Positions 11,901 through 26,765 of a stretch of DNA of 64,000 nucleotides are shown piece by piece (the first letter of the stretch is position 1; the number at the start of each line of letters is the position of its first letter). The position numbers and the translations under genes are program-made. The notes under the pieces were generated by a model. It had not been told where the DNA came from. It was given only the letters and a program-made list of their open reading frames with translations, and made no database searches. The DNA lies in contig NC_068985.1 in the NCBI RefSeq assembly GCF_001194135.2, positions 103,242,070-103,306,069 of the forward strand, read 5' to 3'. This stretch comes from Octopus bimaculoides (taxonomy: Eukaryota).

Positions 11901-14754
11901 TAACAAAAAGCTAAGTTTTAGGTAAATATAGCTTTTTCTAATTTAAATTAATGTTATTGAAACAAAGATTTCTTAAGAGATATTAAATAAGTATATAGTT
12001 GAATTAACAGTAAACTCCCTAGAGATCGTTAATTTAATATTGATCAGAGTGGGTTACTTGGTTTAAAGAGTTAGTATGGTTAAACTAATAATTGTGAGAG
12101 AACCTCATTTCAAGCTCATTCTTTTTCCAACTATGTTGAAACCTTTGGGTTATATTCTTAGGAAAAAATATATAAAGAAATATCAAATAAATCCTTAAAC
12201 TAAACAATGCAATGTATATCTGAATGAATATATATATATAAATGTACATTGAAATGAGATTCCAAGACAACAAGCTCTTTTACAGTTTTGCCACTTTAGA
12301 AATGGCTGACCAGGGAAACGTTTCAGCTTCTTTGAATAATTACTGTTTTCTCTTTGGCTCCCGTTGAAACAACTTTAATCTTATAAAAAAATAACAACAA
12401 AATGTAAATTCTAGTGGACACACTTCATATTATGAGAAGCATACCCTCAAAGAATTTGGAACCACATCACATGTGGACTGTAATGTCTAAAATTCCTGAT
12501 AACACAAAATCTTGGCTATATTTCCAAGTTGGCTATAGAGAAAATGTCAACAATCAAGTCCCTCTCGTTAGCTTTTAAGAATTTTTCCTTCCCTTTTGTT
12601 TATTTTTTATTGAGTTTTCTTTTTTTTTTTTTTTACATATTTTCTTGATGAAAATATGATGCACTTTTCTATTTAATGCTTTTCAGTAAATATCAAATTT
12701 ATACGTAATCTGATGTACATAAAATGTAGTGGCCTCTCCTATTATGTATTTAGAGATGCAGTCACATTTGATATAGAAATGGTGATAGGAACTATGAGAT
12801 GTTCAACAGTTAATGTTGCCACGCAATAGTTATTTTAACAGTCTAAGTTGACAAAATTCTTTCCAGATATGTAGTGCTCGCACTTCTTACCTCAGTGAGC
12901 TACATATTTCTTCCTTTGTACTCATTTATGGGGTGGATGGAATTTGTGAATGTTTAATTTTCTGTCTGTGGATACCAAATACAGACATAATATGAAAACA
13001 TTAAATTATCATACTTCTAAATCACAATTTATGTTATATACCCAGATGACTGAACATAGATCCAACTTTGTGTTGAATCTTTGCATTGATTTTAGTTGCT
13101 TTTTTCTTTAGTGTTTGGTTGTCTTTGTTTCAATAGCAAAGCAAAGCTAAATTAACATATATGAAACATGACATATTATATGATATTCAATGTTACTGCA
13201 TTGAAGTTAATTGAAATTTGCGTTAACTTTTTACTTGACATTCACTGATTTGGTTTTTAACTTTATAATCAATATCAGTATTATGATTTTTGGAGAATTT
13301 AAGAACTAAAGATGATATATTAATTATTTGGATTTCAGTAAATGTTATAAAAGATGCTTATTAAGACTGAAAGTCATTACAGGATAGAATTAGAATATTT
13401 TTGCTGTTTTTTAATCAGAAAATCTTACTGAAAGGTAGCAGACCAAGCTTGGTGTTTTAGTGTGCCTGATTCAAGTTCTGATAGACTCTATGCTTTACCT
13501 AGTGTGCAGTCAATAATCTTAGAGTGAAACTACAAACAAACAGTGCAGTGAATGTATAAACACCAGACTGTCAAAAATGTTATTTATACTAGAAAAATAT
13601 ATCTTTGTTATGAACTAAATGGTAGCTGGTTATCAATAATTTTACTTGTTGCCATCTATCTGATAAGCAATAGATACTTTGGCTCAGATTCATTTCTATT
13701 AATTGCTAAGTTCATAGGAAAGCTGAGGTTTATGTAATAATATTCAGACCCATTCAGAAAAATTGTTATATCTTCGGGTATTATGAATTAGAATCAGTTT
13801 TGGGTCAATGTACATTCTTTAACCTCCTATACAGCTTTGAGAAAATATATAACCACAAGATAACTGCATCATCAGTTTATAGAAATATAAATTTTCAAAA
13901 CTTATTAGCTTAATGAAGTGAATATAAACACATTGGAAAGAAAAAAAACAAACTGTTATATGCTTAATTCCAACTGCTCATGACTTCTGCAGGATTCAGT
14001 AGCAGAGAACTTTAGGTCACTGATTAAGCATTCTAGTATGAAGTTAATTAAAATTGATTTTAGGTGTAGAATTTTAGTACATAAATTGCTTGTGTAATGA
14101 TTTAAGTGACTTAATTTTTCCAATTTGATTATCTTTGGTAAGAAAGGCGCATCTATCTGAGGATTTCTTAGACTTGTTGTTTCAGATATTTTAAGTAGTC
14201 AGATTCATTTCTCTCAAGATGGATAAAATTTATAGCCATTTAAGTGGTACGGCTTTTGCTACTGTTTTTGATAGATTATTCATTTCTATAACTTTATCGA
14301 TGACCTTTCAAGTGAAGTAGTTTGATTTTCGCATTCTTTGAAATATATCACTTAGGAAATAATTTACTATTGCAATCTTAATTGAAGTAATCAATATCCC
14401 CCAAAATACTTTCCCCAGGCTTGTTATCAGAATTTTTTTTCTCACATTGACATGTCCACAAATCAAAACAAGGGATGTACAGTAAGAAATGCTACCCAGC
14501 ATGCACCTATTCTTGTGGTCATTTCAGTTTCTCTGAGTGTATACTTTTGATATGTAGTTGATTGAGACATTGCATAACTTTACACAAGGTTGTCAATGTT
14601 TCACCTCCCACTTCTGCATTTTATTGTTGTTTTTCTATTTAAACTTAACCTTTTTCTCAATTCCATTACTAATCAATGTCGTCCTAAAGACATGAATTTT
14701 TCTGCTCTATTGCACACCTTTTGTGCTTCATTTGCATCATATATGTAAAGGGAG

Positions 14755-14792
<38 letters not shown>

Positions 14793-15261
14793 NNNNNNNN
14801 NNNNNNNNNNNNNNNNNNNNNNNNNNNNNNNNNNNNNNNNNNNNNNNNNNNNNNNNNNNNNNNNNNNNNNNNNNNNNNNNNNNNNNNNNNNNNNNNNNNN
14901 NNNNNNNNNNNNNNNNNNNNNNNNNNNNNNNNNNNNNNNNNNNNNNNNNNNNNNNNNNNNNNNNNNNNNNNNNNNNNNNNNNNNNNNNNNNNNNNNNNNN
15001 NNNNNNNNNNNNNNNNNNNNNNNNNNNNNNNNNNNNNNNNNNNNNNNNNNNNNNNNNNNNNNNNNNNNNNNNNNNNNNNNNNNNNNNNNNNNNNNNNNNN
15101 NNNNNNNNNNNNNNNNNNNNNNNNNNNNNNNNNNNNNNNNNNNNNNNNNNNNNNNNNNNNNNNNNNNNNNNNNNNNNNNNNNNNNNNNNNNNNNNNNNNN
15201 NNNNNNNNNNNNNNNNNNNNNNNNNNNNNNNNATATATATACATACACACACACACACGCA

Positions 15262-15309
<48 letters not shown>

Positions 15310-17741
15310 CATTTTGTTTCTTGATAAGCCTGTAATTAAGATCACTAAGACCCCAGCCCATTGCAATTGTATTAGGACAGTGAAAATGAAGTGGAGGTAA
15401 GAAATACCAAAATCTGTTGTTAGATTTAACAACTGTAATATGTAAAATAGAGAGACAAAGGGAGTATTTTATGAAGTATTCATTTAAAATTGTATTGTCT
15501 GTTATAATGCACTTATATTCAAAACCTCAAATTACAAGATTTCTCTGACAGTCATAATCTGTTGTTATTTACATGATAGATTCTAATATTAATGACAAAT
15601 ACTTGTTTTTATATAATATATATTAATATATATTGCCAGTACAGACTTCTATTAAGATACAACTTTTATGCTCTGTTATGACAAGTACTGCCATACACCA
15701 AACCAGGATGCTACTGACATCTTTGACACTATATTTACTAGAACAGACAACAGCCAAAATATAACTTCTTTAAAAACATTGACTGAAACTATCCACTGAG
15801 TACTTTGATATACTAGCGTTAAGAGTAATTGTTACTACTACCAATATATTTTTCATGTTACCTACTATTAAAATGTTATACTAATGACAACTATAAAATA
15901 CTATTTGGATAGCACATTTTTCCACTCGATGCAAATGATAAAATAGATTAATAAATACTAATGATTATTACAACATAGTAATTATTCTGAAAATCAACAA
16001 ACCATTGTTAGCAAAATATTTGACAAAGCATGGTAGTTATACACTATCAAGATAAAGTATAGTTTTCTGAAAAGTAGTTTCAACTGAAATTTACCTATTT
16101 AACATACCTAACTCCATTAGAGTTAATTAAACAGAATATTCAGAGGATCAGCTAAGGTAATGATTTTTTTCAATTAATTTTTCATCAATAAAGTAAAATT
16201 TTTGTGAGACTTCTTTTTACATTGTAAGTATTGAATAGATCCATTGATGGAGTAAGATATGGATAAACCCATCTAAGTTCTGGCTGTATGGAATCTAATT
16301 GTTTATTAAGGGATCAATTAAAAAAGATTTTGCAGGTGAAACAGAGGAGCAGAAAGATATTTATTAGATCTTGATGCATAGGTGCCTTTAGAGTTCACTC
16401 TGTTGCAGCAATTGGACCAAGTCTTCACTCTTTAAGTGGTAACTCAATAACTTTATGCACAACATCCTACTTCAGCAACTCATGAATACGGTTTCTCCCC
16501 AACGTACTAGTCTGAAACCTTGCAAAAGTCTCAGGCATGAATATTCCTTCCATGATTTAGCAGTAAAAAGAAAAATATTGCCTTGAGTATACTAAAAACT
16601 TTATTCTACATGCATCAGTTTAGCTAGTTAGTGATTAAGCCATGAGAACATTAGTTGCCTGTCCAGTTAGATACTCGTATATGTTTTTCATTCATTTATC
16701 ACCCTCCATATTGTACACACACACACACACACACACATGTGCACACTGAAATATAAAGCAGTACAATGATGTACATATTAAGAAACTCATGACTTATTAA
16801 TAATTATTCTGTTATTATTATACATTAAATCCTGAAGACATGTACACATATCTACATAATTATCTACTATACATCATATTCATGTATATATAATGCGTGC
16901 TGTCAGATTAAATTGTAAATCCATCTATATTGATATCTTACCATTATGAATTAAAACTTATATATATATATATGTTTATACAATATAAACATGACTTTTA
17001 CTCTACTTTTGATTGTTTCCATAATTTTCATTGCACGTTCAAGAAAAAGCCTTAGATTTTAGTATAAAGATATAAATACTTGAGCATTTAGTATAGAAGT
17101 GTAATTACTTGAACATGTACATGCATTTTTCCAATGCATTCAATTCATGTTGTAAGTTGTTTGTTAATTGTCAAATCAAGATCATCATGATTATGGCTGT
17201 ATCATGATTTTAGCTTCAGTTAGTACTGTTTGCTTAAATGTTGGTGAGTAGCATTGATGCTACTATGGAATATTTATATACTTTAAGCACATTGCAAAGC
17301 AAGCTACCCTCCTGGCATCAACCACTTGAATTCTTTTTGGTACATCAGATAGTGTCATGAAGTCTGGACATTGATTTGTCTCAAATATATTTTTATTATG
17401 TTTACCCATACCATTTTTTTGCCATTGAGCAGTTTTTGATTATTTCCATTCATGTAATTGATGGTTTTTCAAATTACTAGTTTAATGTGCTATTCAGAGT
17501 TTGAGAAATTGAAAATTGAAGTGCTATCAAATGGGGTATGTTTCAACTGTGCATACTTATCCCTCTCTAAAAAGCACAAAGTGATATTGCATAAACAACA
17601 TTACATATAGTAGGGTTGGGAAGTACACAAGTACATAGTTTAACAGAAATATATGGGACCTGGCTAATTCCATCTTTTATAAAGATCTTCATGGAAACTT
17701 CATTCAAGTTACTGATTCTGATACTGGATGCCCATTGATTT

Positions 17742-17829
17742 CTGGTGTTGCCATCCGGTTTCACCAGTCCTCAGTCAAATCGTCCAACCCATGCTAGCAT
17801 GGAAAGTGGATGTTAAACAATGATGATGG
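17742..17829 (+). mobile_element. 5'-truncated SINE with (GAT)n tail (family B)
   Basis: ctggtgttgccatccgg..caccagtcctcagtcaaatcgtccaacccatgctagcatggaaag...ttaaacaatgatgatg is nearly identical to 50843-50934. Confidence 0.85.
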
Positions 17830-20800
17830 TAGGAGCTTTTTGACATTCTTTCTCTTCAGAAAATTTCCCTCGTTATGAGATCATGCTTATCTTTTTTTTA
17901 TGCTAAAAATATCAACTGTTCAGCAATCAGCACAGTATTGCCTTTGTCTTTTGTACAACATCAAGGTTTCCCTATATTTTCAGACTGGGCTTAGTCACTT
18001 CAGTAGCATTTCATATGGTTATGTTCTTACAAACATACCTGGTATAAATAATAGGATCTTCATGATTTCTCAAACAATATATGACTGTATGGTCTTGCTT
18101 TCTTAAACTCTTAATCTTATATCATTAGAAATTTGAGATTTTCGTTAGCATTCTAAAGCCTGTGAAACTGTACAAGCAAAAGACAGCCTGCATTACCAGG
18201 AGGGAATCATGTGTATCTATTAATCCATGGGGAAAAAATACAATCTACATCATTCTTGATGTAGATTGTTTATCAAAATAGGGACAAGAAAAATTAGAAA
18301 AACAAATTTCACATCTGCTTTTTCAGTAACCTTGATAATAATGGATACATGAAGTCGGTAGTATGTGATTTCTTGTACAGGAGAATAGAGATAGTTAGTT
18401 AGTGGCAAAACTGTCAGTAGTGTGCAGCAAGAACAAGTAAAGATGATGTTAGCAAACATGTGTGAGTTTGACACTGTGTAACATGAATGAGTAGAAAAAC
18501 CAGATGGAATGAATATGACTGAAGATGGTAGAGGAGAAGAGATTTTAGAGAAAAACAAATTGATTGTTATTTCCAGCAAGAAAAAAATGTCCTCAAACAG
18601 AAAATTATTGTTCATGAAAGGAGATGGGTGACTGTAAGGTAGACGAAGTTCACAGGCAGCAAGAAACGGTAGGAGTGGTCAGTAGCATTGAAATGGCATG
18701 TAACAGATTTACGTGATTAAAGTCTGATATAGTTTACCAACTAACATGCAAACTTTGTGATGTTTTGTTTACTGACAGATTGATTCAGAAAGCATCTACT
18801 TATTGTGCAAAACAGATTTCCTGATGGAAATAACATTAATATACTCATCAGCTATATAACAAGGATTTAAAAATCACAATAATCGTGTATATTGTTGGGT
18901 CTAATATAAATGACATTGCTAACCTATGCTTTATAGTGGAGCTTTCTATAATAATTGTCATATAAACCTTTTTTGGTTCAGCTATTCCTAATGGAGCTGA
19001 CTTCATGATTCCTGAAACTCTGTGCTTCCAAAGACATAGAAATATGACATGAAGTATTACCATTGCTATGTGTTATATGGAAGATATTACCATTCCCCAT
19101 ATCCCCAGAAAAGGCTCTAGTGTTCTTCATTCCTAAAAACTTCGATAACACCATCTACAAGCCCTGCAATCCTGATATGGATCTACTAAACTTTTCTAGA
19201 CCAAGCACTTTAACAGGAATAAGCGAACTGGACGTACTATCTTTATATTTGTAGGAAATTTCAATGACCACCATGAAGACTGGCTTGGTGACTGAACAAT
19301 GGACATTATTGATTGAGCCCAATAGCTTCCTGATGGCTCTGGTTTACAGCAGTTTGTAAATGAACCAACAAGAGGTGATAACAGATGCATATGCACATGT
19401 ATGCATGCACATACTATAAACTATATATTAATTGTTAGCAGTTGTTTTGGCATGGAAGATTATTCATTGAATATACAATGAATACCCTCTCAGCTATCAG
19501 TATTGTTAAATAACTGATTATTCTTCTGATTACAATCATTGAAAAACCTTATACAAGATCATAGTAATATGTGTCTGAAACTTGAATTCATGATGCAGGG
19601 ATTTGCTACTAGCAACATAAGTGGTCATGACAACTAGCAGAGAAGATTCAAAAGAAGATATCAAGAAGAGCAAACAAAATCTTTTTAGTTGTAGTTGTAG
19701 AAAATCTGAAGCTATAAAATGTAATTTTCTTGGAATTTTGGACTTAATTCCTATGAAAATAAGATCCCTCTGTTGGCTACAGGATAAGAATCTAAATACA
19801 CTGAGATGAATCACACGCGGAACTAAAGTACTTTTGGTTAAGCAATTACTCAACAAGTAACATTTGTTGAATGCAGAACAGTAAATAATTGTAATTTTAT
19901 TGCAAAAAATGATGACTGCAGTTTTATTCCTTAAAGTGTAAACACTGTGAAAATTACACCAAGTGGATCATCATCATCATCATTGTACTCAATGTACTGG
20001 ATATTGTACTCAATATTTCATCAACAAATTTAACAAGAGCAGTGGTGATTAAAAATATACTATGAGCTAAAAGTGCAAGGTGTGTCAGTAATTGAAAAAT
20101 ACACTTAGTGAAATCTTTCAAAAATAACATTCATTTTTGAAACTTCATTTTTCTGAAAGGACTACATATGAATGTTTGAGTTAATTTTTATGACAATTAA
20201 CAAAATCAGAGGTGGATATTTACAGCAGTATAATGCTCTTTCATTTTGGCAATTTAACATTTGTTTATATGCCCTCTCAACACCTGACAGAACAGGGCCT
20301 TAAAAATATTGAAGAATTAAAGAAAGGCAAAACAAAAGAAAATTCACTCATGGCTTTGGAAAACAGTTAAAAAATGATCATTGATCTATATAAAACTATC
20401 AGTTTTGTTGTATTGCTTATCACATGCAAACAGGCAAATAACTACTCTCTCCATCAACAAGAAGAGAAAAATAAGTAGAAGCAATGTTTAAATTCAGTGA
20501 AAAGATACTCAAATACACATTAATCTTTAAACTAAACTTAAAAGCTGTCCAAAAAACTCTAGCATCAGCAAAGTGTAGCTAAAAGAAAAAAAGAAAAGTA
20601 ATTTAATCAAAACCAATCAACTGTTTACAGAAATATGAACGTCAGTCAATAAATTCAACAGAATCTCCATCTCAGGAAGTTAAAGATACAAAGGGGGGAA
20701 AAATCCTGATTGAGCAAAAAGAGTTCAATCAAGATTCAGGGTGATTAGAAAAAAATCTAAGAGATGTATATTTCCTGTATTGTTGCACAAGCACACATCT

Positions 20801-22073
20801 CAGCTTCAATGATGAATCCTTGAGACTATGATTACAAAACTTCATGACAGCAAAGTTCCAGGAAAAGACTTGTTAGATAACTGTACAAGACTTATTGGAG
20901 GTGTGCTATTGATTTTACTAGCAAGTTCTATATGGAAGTATAAGCATACTTAACTATTGCGGCTGGCAGAAACAAAATTCATACCACAAAATAATGTCAC
21001 TCACATGGTGAAAAATTGCAATCCAATTGCATTCCACAATCTCATGTATAAAATGTAGAGTCTGTCTAAATCTGTTTCTGCAGGATTGCTGTGATGATAA
21101 TAGTGTCGTTATTTTTGATTAGTAACAAATTTGTGATATCTTAGATACAGTGGTATAGGAGAAACATGTTCATAGTCTTGCAGATTACTTCAGATCTGCT
21201 ACTTAAATCAACATCTAATATTCAATATTGCACATTTTTCTCTTTCTCTTGCCTATCAATACTTTTCCCTTTCTTTGATAAAGAGTATCACAGAAATTCC
21301 CTTCTGTTACTTCGTTTAGTGCATTGAGCTTCATTGTTCACTTCTTTATTGTCTTTTGCTATATATTTCTATGCTTTCCAGGCTTATACTTTCATATGTC
21401 TGATTCTGTGTATTATTTTTTTGTTTGACTGTCTCCTCTTTGCCTCAGATGCTGCTTGTGTTGTGTGATTTTTTTTAACTATACATACATGCAAGCGTAC
21501 ATACAAATATAGTTTTATGGAACAACAAATGCCATGCATTGTTGTGAGATCAGCTTCCCAGTGGATGTCAATGTGTCTTGAAAAATTGAGGAAAAGGAGA
21601 ACATCTATGGAAAACTGATGAAAAACCTATGGCACTTATATCAGGTTACAGATTTTCATTTGCTCTTATTATAAGTGCATTGGGCTATTTAACAACTGAT
21701 GTTCATAGAAACTTATGGGTTCTCCCAAAAAAGACAGAGCCAACTGATTCACATTCTCCAGTGAAAATTTTGAAAACACTTCAGGGATTCTCCATATGCA
21801 CAAATTCTCATATATATATATATGGATTACATATAGATGTATGTGCATAAACAACAATAAAACACACTTGTGTTATTGTGACATGCACACGTATATGCAT
21901 GTGTCAGCCAATTCAAGTAACCGCTACCCACAAGACCTGTCTTGACTTAAACAAAAGAGGTTTGTCACTTTGTTAGTGATAAGCTTGAATTCTACAAAGG
22001 AAAACAAAATTAAATAAACCCCAAAGTAAACTTTCATCCATACATACATATCTGTATGTATATATATCAGTAA

Positions 22074-22120
<47 letters not shown>

Positions 22121-22400
22121 ACAGTTTTTCAAATTCAGGAAAGCGCCCAGATTGTAGGAATTTTTAGATTGATTCTCGTCTCTGCTAAGCAGAGTGTGCT
22201 TCTGTTTCCATTAAGGTAAGGCCTAGAACATTCTAGCTATCTCCAGTTGATGCTGTATAACAGCATTATGTCATTTTTTAATTGCCATATATAGCTGGCT
22301 AAAGATGTAATATGCCTTTCCTGGATTGTAAAAGAGGATCTCTGATTATTTAACCTGACCAATAAAGGTCTCGCCATTACCATACCAACTGATCTACAGC

Positions 22401-22540
22401 AAAGGCATCCAGCCATGTTAACTGTGCCAAAGCTGACATTGGAGCTCACTACCGCCCTGCAGCTTTCCAGATTCTGTTAAACCATCCAATTCTTACCAGC
22501 ATGGAAAACAGACATTAATTGATGATGATGATCTTGATGG
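22401..22540 (+). mobile_element. Older family B SINE 3' part
   Basis: aaggcatccagcc...ccatccaattcttaccagcatggaaaacagacattaattgatgatgatg; diverged match to the 50518-50934 copy. Confidence 0.65.
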
Positions 22541-23742
22541 TGTGTGTGTGTGTATATATAAATATATATAATTGTCTGAGTTAAAAAGTTAAAGTCAAAT
22601 CTATTTCAGTCCTAATTAATGAAAGTTGAAACAGAATTAGCTTAGTAAATGTTGTCTAGTATGAAAGATATGACATTCAGTTTCCTGAAATATCTATTGC
22701 ACTATTTTGTATATGTACACCTTCTTCTTATTTTAGTTTCCTAAAACATCGTTTACTCTATTTTGTACGTTTATTCCTTGTTAGGTATGAATGTTATGTG
22801 TGTGTACCTAACTATTTCTTTCTCTCTCTGTATACATTCACACACAAACACACGTATATATAAGGTGATGTCCCAGCAAGGTCATTGTCCAATATCTGTA
22901 AGAAGTTAAAGAATAAATCAATATAAGTTTGTATGTGTATATTGCTTTCAACTTGTTTGTTGTGGCCATCTTCATCACCATCACAATATTATCTTTCGGT
23001 GTATGAGAGTGTTTGTTAACTCTGTCCTCATATGTATTCCTGAGAAGTATAATGGTTCATATAGGTTTGTATGTAGAAAAGTTCTAAATGTGAGGCTTTG
23101 TAGGCTTATAGGCTCCTATTCAAAAAATCTGTAGTAATTTGTGTTGAAAGCATCAAATATATAGTCATGAAATTTTACGATTTCCATGTTTATATGAAAT
23201 TTGTATATTACATTGTTTGCCTGAAATATTCTGTGGCTTGCAAGTTTCTAGTGTCATATTGGAGAAGTTTTTTTTCCATTTTATTGTTTTTATTTTATTC
23301 TGACTATTAGTTTGTGGTTAGATGTGATTCATATTGTGTTTTGCTTTGAGTTTTCAATGACATAAAGCTTTTTTTACAATTAGATTGCTTTTGTTTCATG
23401 TAGTTTATAATATCTCTTGTATCTTTGAGAATGAATTTGTACTTCTAATGTTCTATAGCTTGGTTTACTGATTTATTCAGGTATCTGTTAACTTTTGTTT
23501 GTTTTATTCCTTAAGATATCCCTTAAAACTTCTTCAGTGGATGAAAATTTAAAAGCTCATCGAAGAAGGGGTTTGGTTAGCACTTCTTATTTCCTATGCC
23601 ATGAAGAATTCATCTCAGCATGTATCTATACAGTAAAGATGTAAACAACAAACAAACAAACAAAAACTCTATTCTATAATATTTCAAATAAATACACCAA
23701 TGCACAATATTGCCACACAATTAGATAGTATTATCAAACAAT

Positions 23743-24129
23743 GTTGTTGTTGGCACTCCGTCGCTTATGACGTCGAGGGTTCCAGTCGATCCGATCAACG
23801 GAACAGCCTGCTCGTGAAATTAACGTGCAAGTGGCTGAGCACTCCACAGACACGTGTACCCTTAACGTAGTTGTCAGGGATATTCAGTGTGACACAGTGT
23901 GACAAGGCTGACTCTTTGAATTACAGGCACAACAGAAACAGGAAGAAAGAGTGAGAGAAAGTTGTGGTGGAAGAGTACAGCAGGGTTCGCCACCATCCCC
24001 TGCCGGAGCCTCGTGGAGCTTTAGGCGTTTTCGCTCAATAAACACTTACAACGCCCGGTCTGGGAATCGAAACCGTGATCCTATGACCGCAAGTCTGCTG
24101 CCCTAACCACTGGGCCATTGCGCCTCCAC
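23743..24129 (-). mobile_element. Full-length tRNA-derived SINE (family A) with 10-bp TSD
   Basis: Minus strand starts GTGGAGGCGCAATGGCCCAGTGGTTAGGG (A box), has GGTTTCGATTCC (B box) and ends in (AAC)n. TSD tatcaaacaa at 23732-23741 and 24130-24139. Near-identical to the copies at 29410 and 51468. Confidence 0.92.
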
Positions 24130-25599
24130 TATCAAACAAAACAAATTGGAGAAAGATAGTATTATCACACAATACAAATTGGAGAGGTATAATATATGGT
24201 TATCCAAGAACCTCTTTGAGATCTTGAAGTATACATTTTTCAACCATTGTGTATAACACAGACATGTACTGCATATTGCCTGCAAATGTGCCATCAAATT
24301 GTAGAGTAAATCAGAAGGTACCAGGATATTTGAAAAAATTAATTGATTTTTATATACTGTGCCTGTGCATATTATGTTGCTTTGTGGCAAAATTTAATGC
24401 TCATTTTTTATATCATACTTTTAAAAAGCCGATTCTGTGCCATAAAACTCTTAATACTTTATTCAAATTAAAAGCTTTAAAAATCACTGCCTTGAAGAAA
24501 CCAACAAAACGGGCAACAACTGCACCATAGGCATTAAAAGTTTGTTTGCCAATGTTCCTGTGGCAAAAACAAAAGAAACCATATGAAAGAGTGTATGCAC
24601 ACAAGAATAAAGCTACACACAAAAGCAGCTAATATAGTGCTGAAATAGTTAATGGTTCTGTATAATAGGAATACTCTTTCACTGTCCAGATATCAAAGTA
24701 TCTAAGCATAAAATTTGAGTAGCTATGGGTTACCCAAGTAGAATGCATGATAGCATTCCACTTGGCTGTGATAAAAATAAATTGGTATTCAAGCATAAAC
24801 ACAATATGCATCGGGTATGTGGATGGTATACTCCTCAAAATGGTTGCATTGAAAGCACTTGAGGAATATAAGATAACATTGTACTAATATTCAATTTCCA
24901 AAACAGTAGAAATAAAACTCCTCACAGTACAGTTGTTACTAATAACCAATGTGATACACTGATTCCGTTCCAAACATGAAATTGTGAACTTCACAACTAG
25001 AAATGACACATAAGTTTGACATACAAGTTTGACACTTTTCTAATACTCTCTGTGCACTTACAATAAGGAACAAATGCAGTGCATTATGCTATACAACACT
25101 AAGCAAAATCAGATCACAAAGTAGGCAATGTGTCTATAGTCTATAGAAGTATCCACAAAAATAAACAATGATAGAAACAATAGTGATGCTGTAAAATGCT
25201 AATTTGCACACACACATAAAATTACAAGTTATAAACAACAGCAAATATCTAATTGCTGACTTATAAATTTCACAGTCAAAATTCAAATTACAATGATAAC
25301 GTATACACCACTCACATTGACCTTGCCTACTTTAAAAGAACAGTAACCTATGCCATAATCACTTTATCTTGAAGACTATGATGCTCCAGTAGTGACGATG
25401 GATTTACAGACTTCATTGTTCTGAACAGATTACAAAACTCACAAGAAAAATAGGAAAAAAAAATTCTTGATTGGAAAGGAAATTAAAGAATATCAGTCTT
25501 GTTTCTAAAGCATATGTAAAAGAAAGGCTGTTACCTATGTACACACATATTATTCACTTCTTTCTATGCTTTCCTTAGTTCTTTCTCATTCACAGGTTT

Positions 25600-26765
25600 C
25601 TTCCAACTGGATTGCCTGCTACTACTTTGTCCACCTGTCATTCTTTGTAGAAATCACATATCCATAATAACTCCATTCTCTCTTGCACACTACATCCTAG
25701 TTCTCTGATATCCAGTTTTTTTTTCAGTTCTTCTCCATTCATGCATGTTATATCCAGCTAAGCATGCTTGCCTCATTTCTAGTCTTTCAACACCCTCTTC
25801 ATTCAGTGTCCATGTTTCACTACCATGTTATTTCACATTTTGGAAACAAGCATCATAGAATCTACTCTTCTCTATGAAAGGGGATCCACATGTTGCCAGC
25901 AACAGTAATAGCTTCCTGAAATTTTCCTATGTTGTTCTTACTCTGGCTACTGTGATTTTGGAACACTTTCTCACTTCTAATTAAATGACTTAAGTAATAG
26001 GCTATCAACAGCTTCAAAGGAACATTCTGCGCATTTGAAAGAATTTATGTCAAGGGTGATCATACTAACATTTTCCCTCTCGCCCAGCCTGCCTATGATC
26101 CACTGAACCTCTTGTGCATCTGTTTACACTGGGTACACTGTATAAAATTTTTATCTCCAACTTTTCTCTCTATTGAGCATCACCAATTCCTGATAGCTAC
26201 AGTATCCTGTCTTCTTTTCTGCTAATTATAATTTTTATCTTTGCTAGGTTTACTTTCAAGCTCAAAAAAATTCTAAGCTTTGCTTCCATCTTTAGAATTC
26301 CTTTTGTAAATCTAGAGATTCATATTTGAGAATGAGCTCATCGCACACTGACATTCCCATGGACAGTCAGTTATGAACTCCTCTGTTATGGCTTGGAGAA
26401 TTATAATAAATAGTTGAGTGCGAGAACTGAGCTCTGATGGACACCTACTTGCATACGAAATTCTTTGCAGAACTCATTACTCATCTTTTTGATGGCATTT
26501 ATCTATATCGTTTTAACAGATCATCTATCTACTTGTAGTTTTCTTAGCAACCATCAGACTACGACATACAGCATTCTGTCAAACTCCTGCAAATTGATGA
26601 ATGCAAGGTATATTGCCTTGTTCTTTGCTACAGGTTTCTCTTGTAGTTTTTTTCACTAGGAAATGGGTATCATTTGCAGTGCATCTTGGCACAGACTGCA
26701 CCTCATCTAATCTAACTTTCTTCCTAATTAGTTCTACCATAACTCTTTCTGTTATTTTCATAACT
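25600..26765 (-). mobile_element. Decayed RTE-clade LINE, reverse transcriptase to 3' region
   Basis: Minus-strand fragments MKITERVMVELIRKKVRLDEVQ, QVGVHQSSVL, CPWE, KFRKLLLLLATCG..FYDAC..HGSETWTLNEE, LDIRELGCSVQER; many stops and frameshifts. Confidence 0.8.

Noticed and set aside
18330-19860. Faint RTE-like coding remnants near 18330-18600 and 19540-19860 (similar traces at 27300-27700 and 48480-48900)
   Set aside because: Too degraded to assign by eye; would need a profile-HMM or RepeatMasker search.
23743-24129. tRNA-like A and B boxes suggesting tRNA genes, and multi-copy repeats suggesting a CRISPR-like array
   Set aside because: The boxes are SINE heads joined to long non-tRNA bodies with TSDs; the repeats are dispersed retroposons with no regular repeat-spacer structure.
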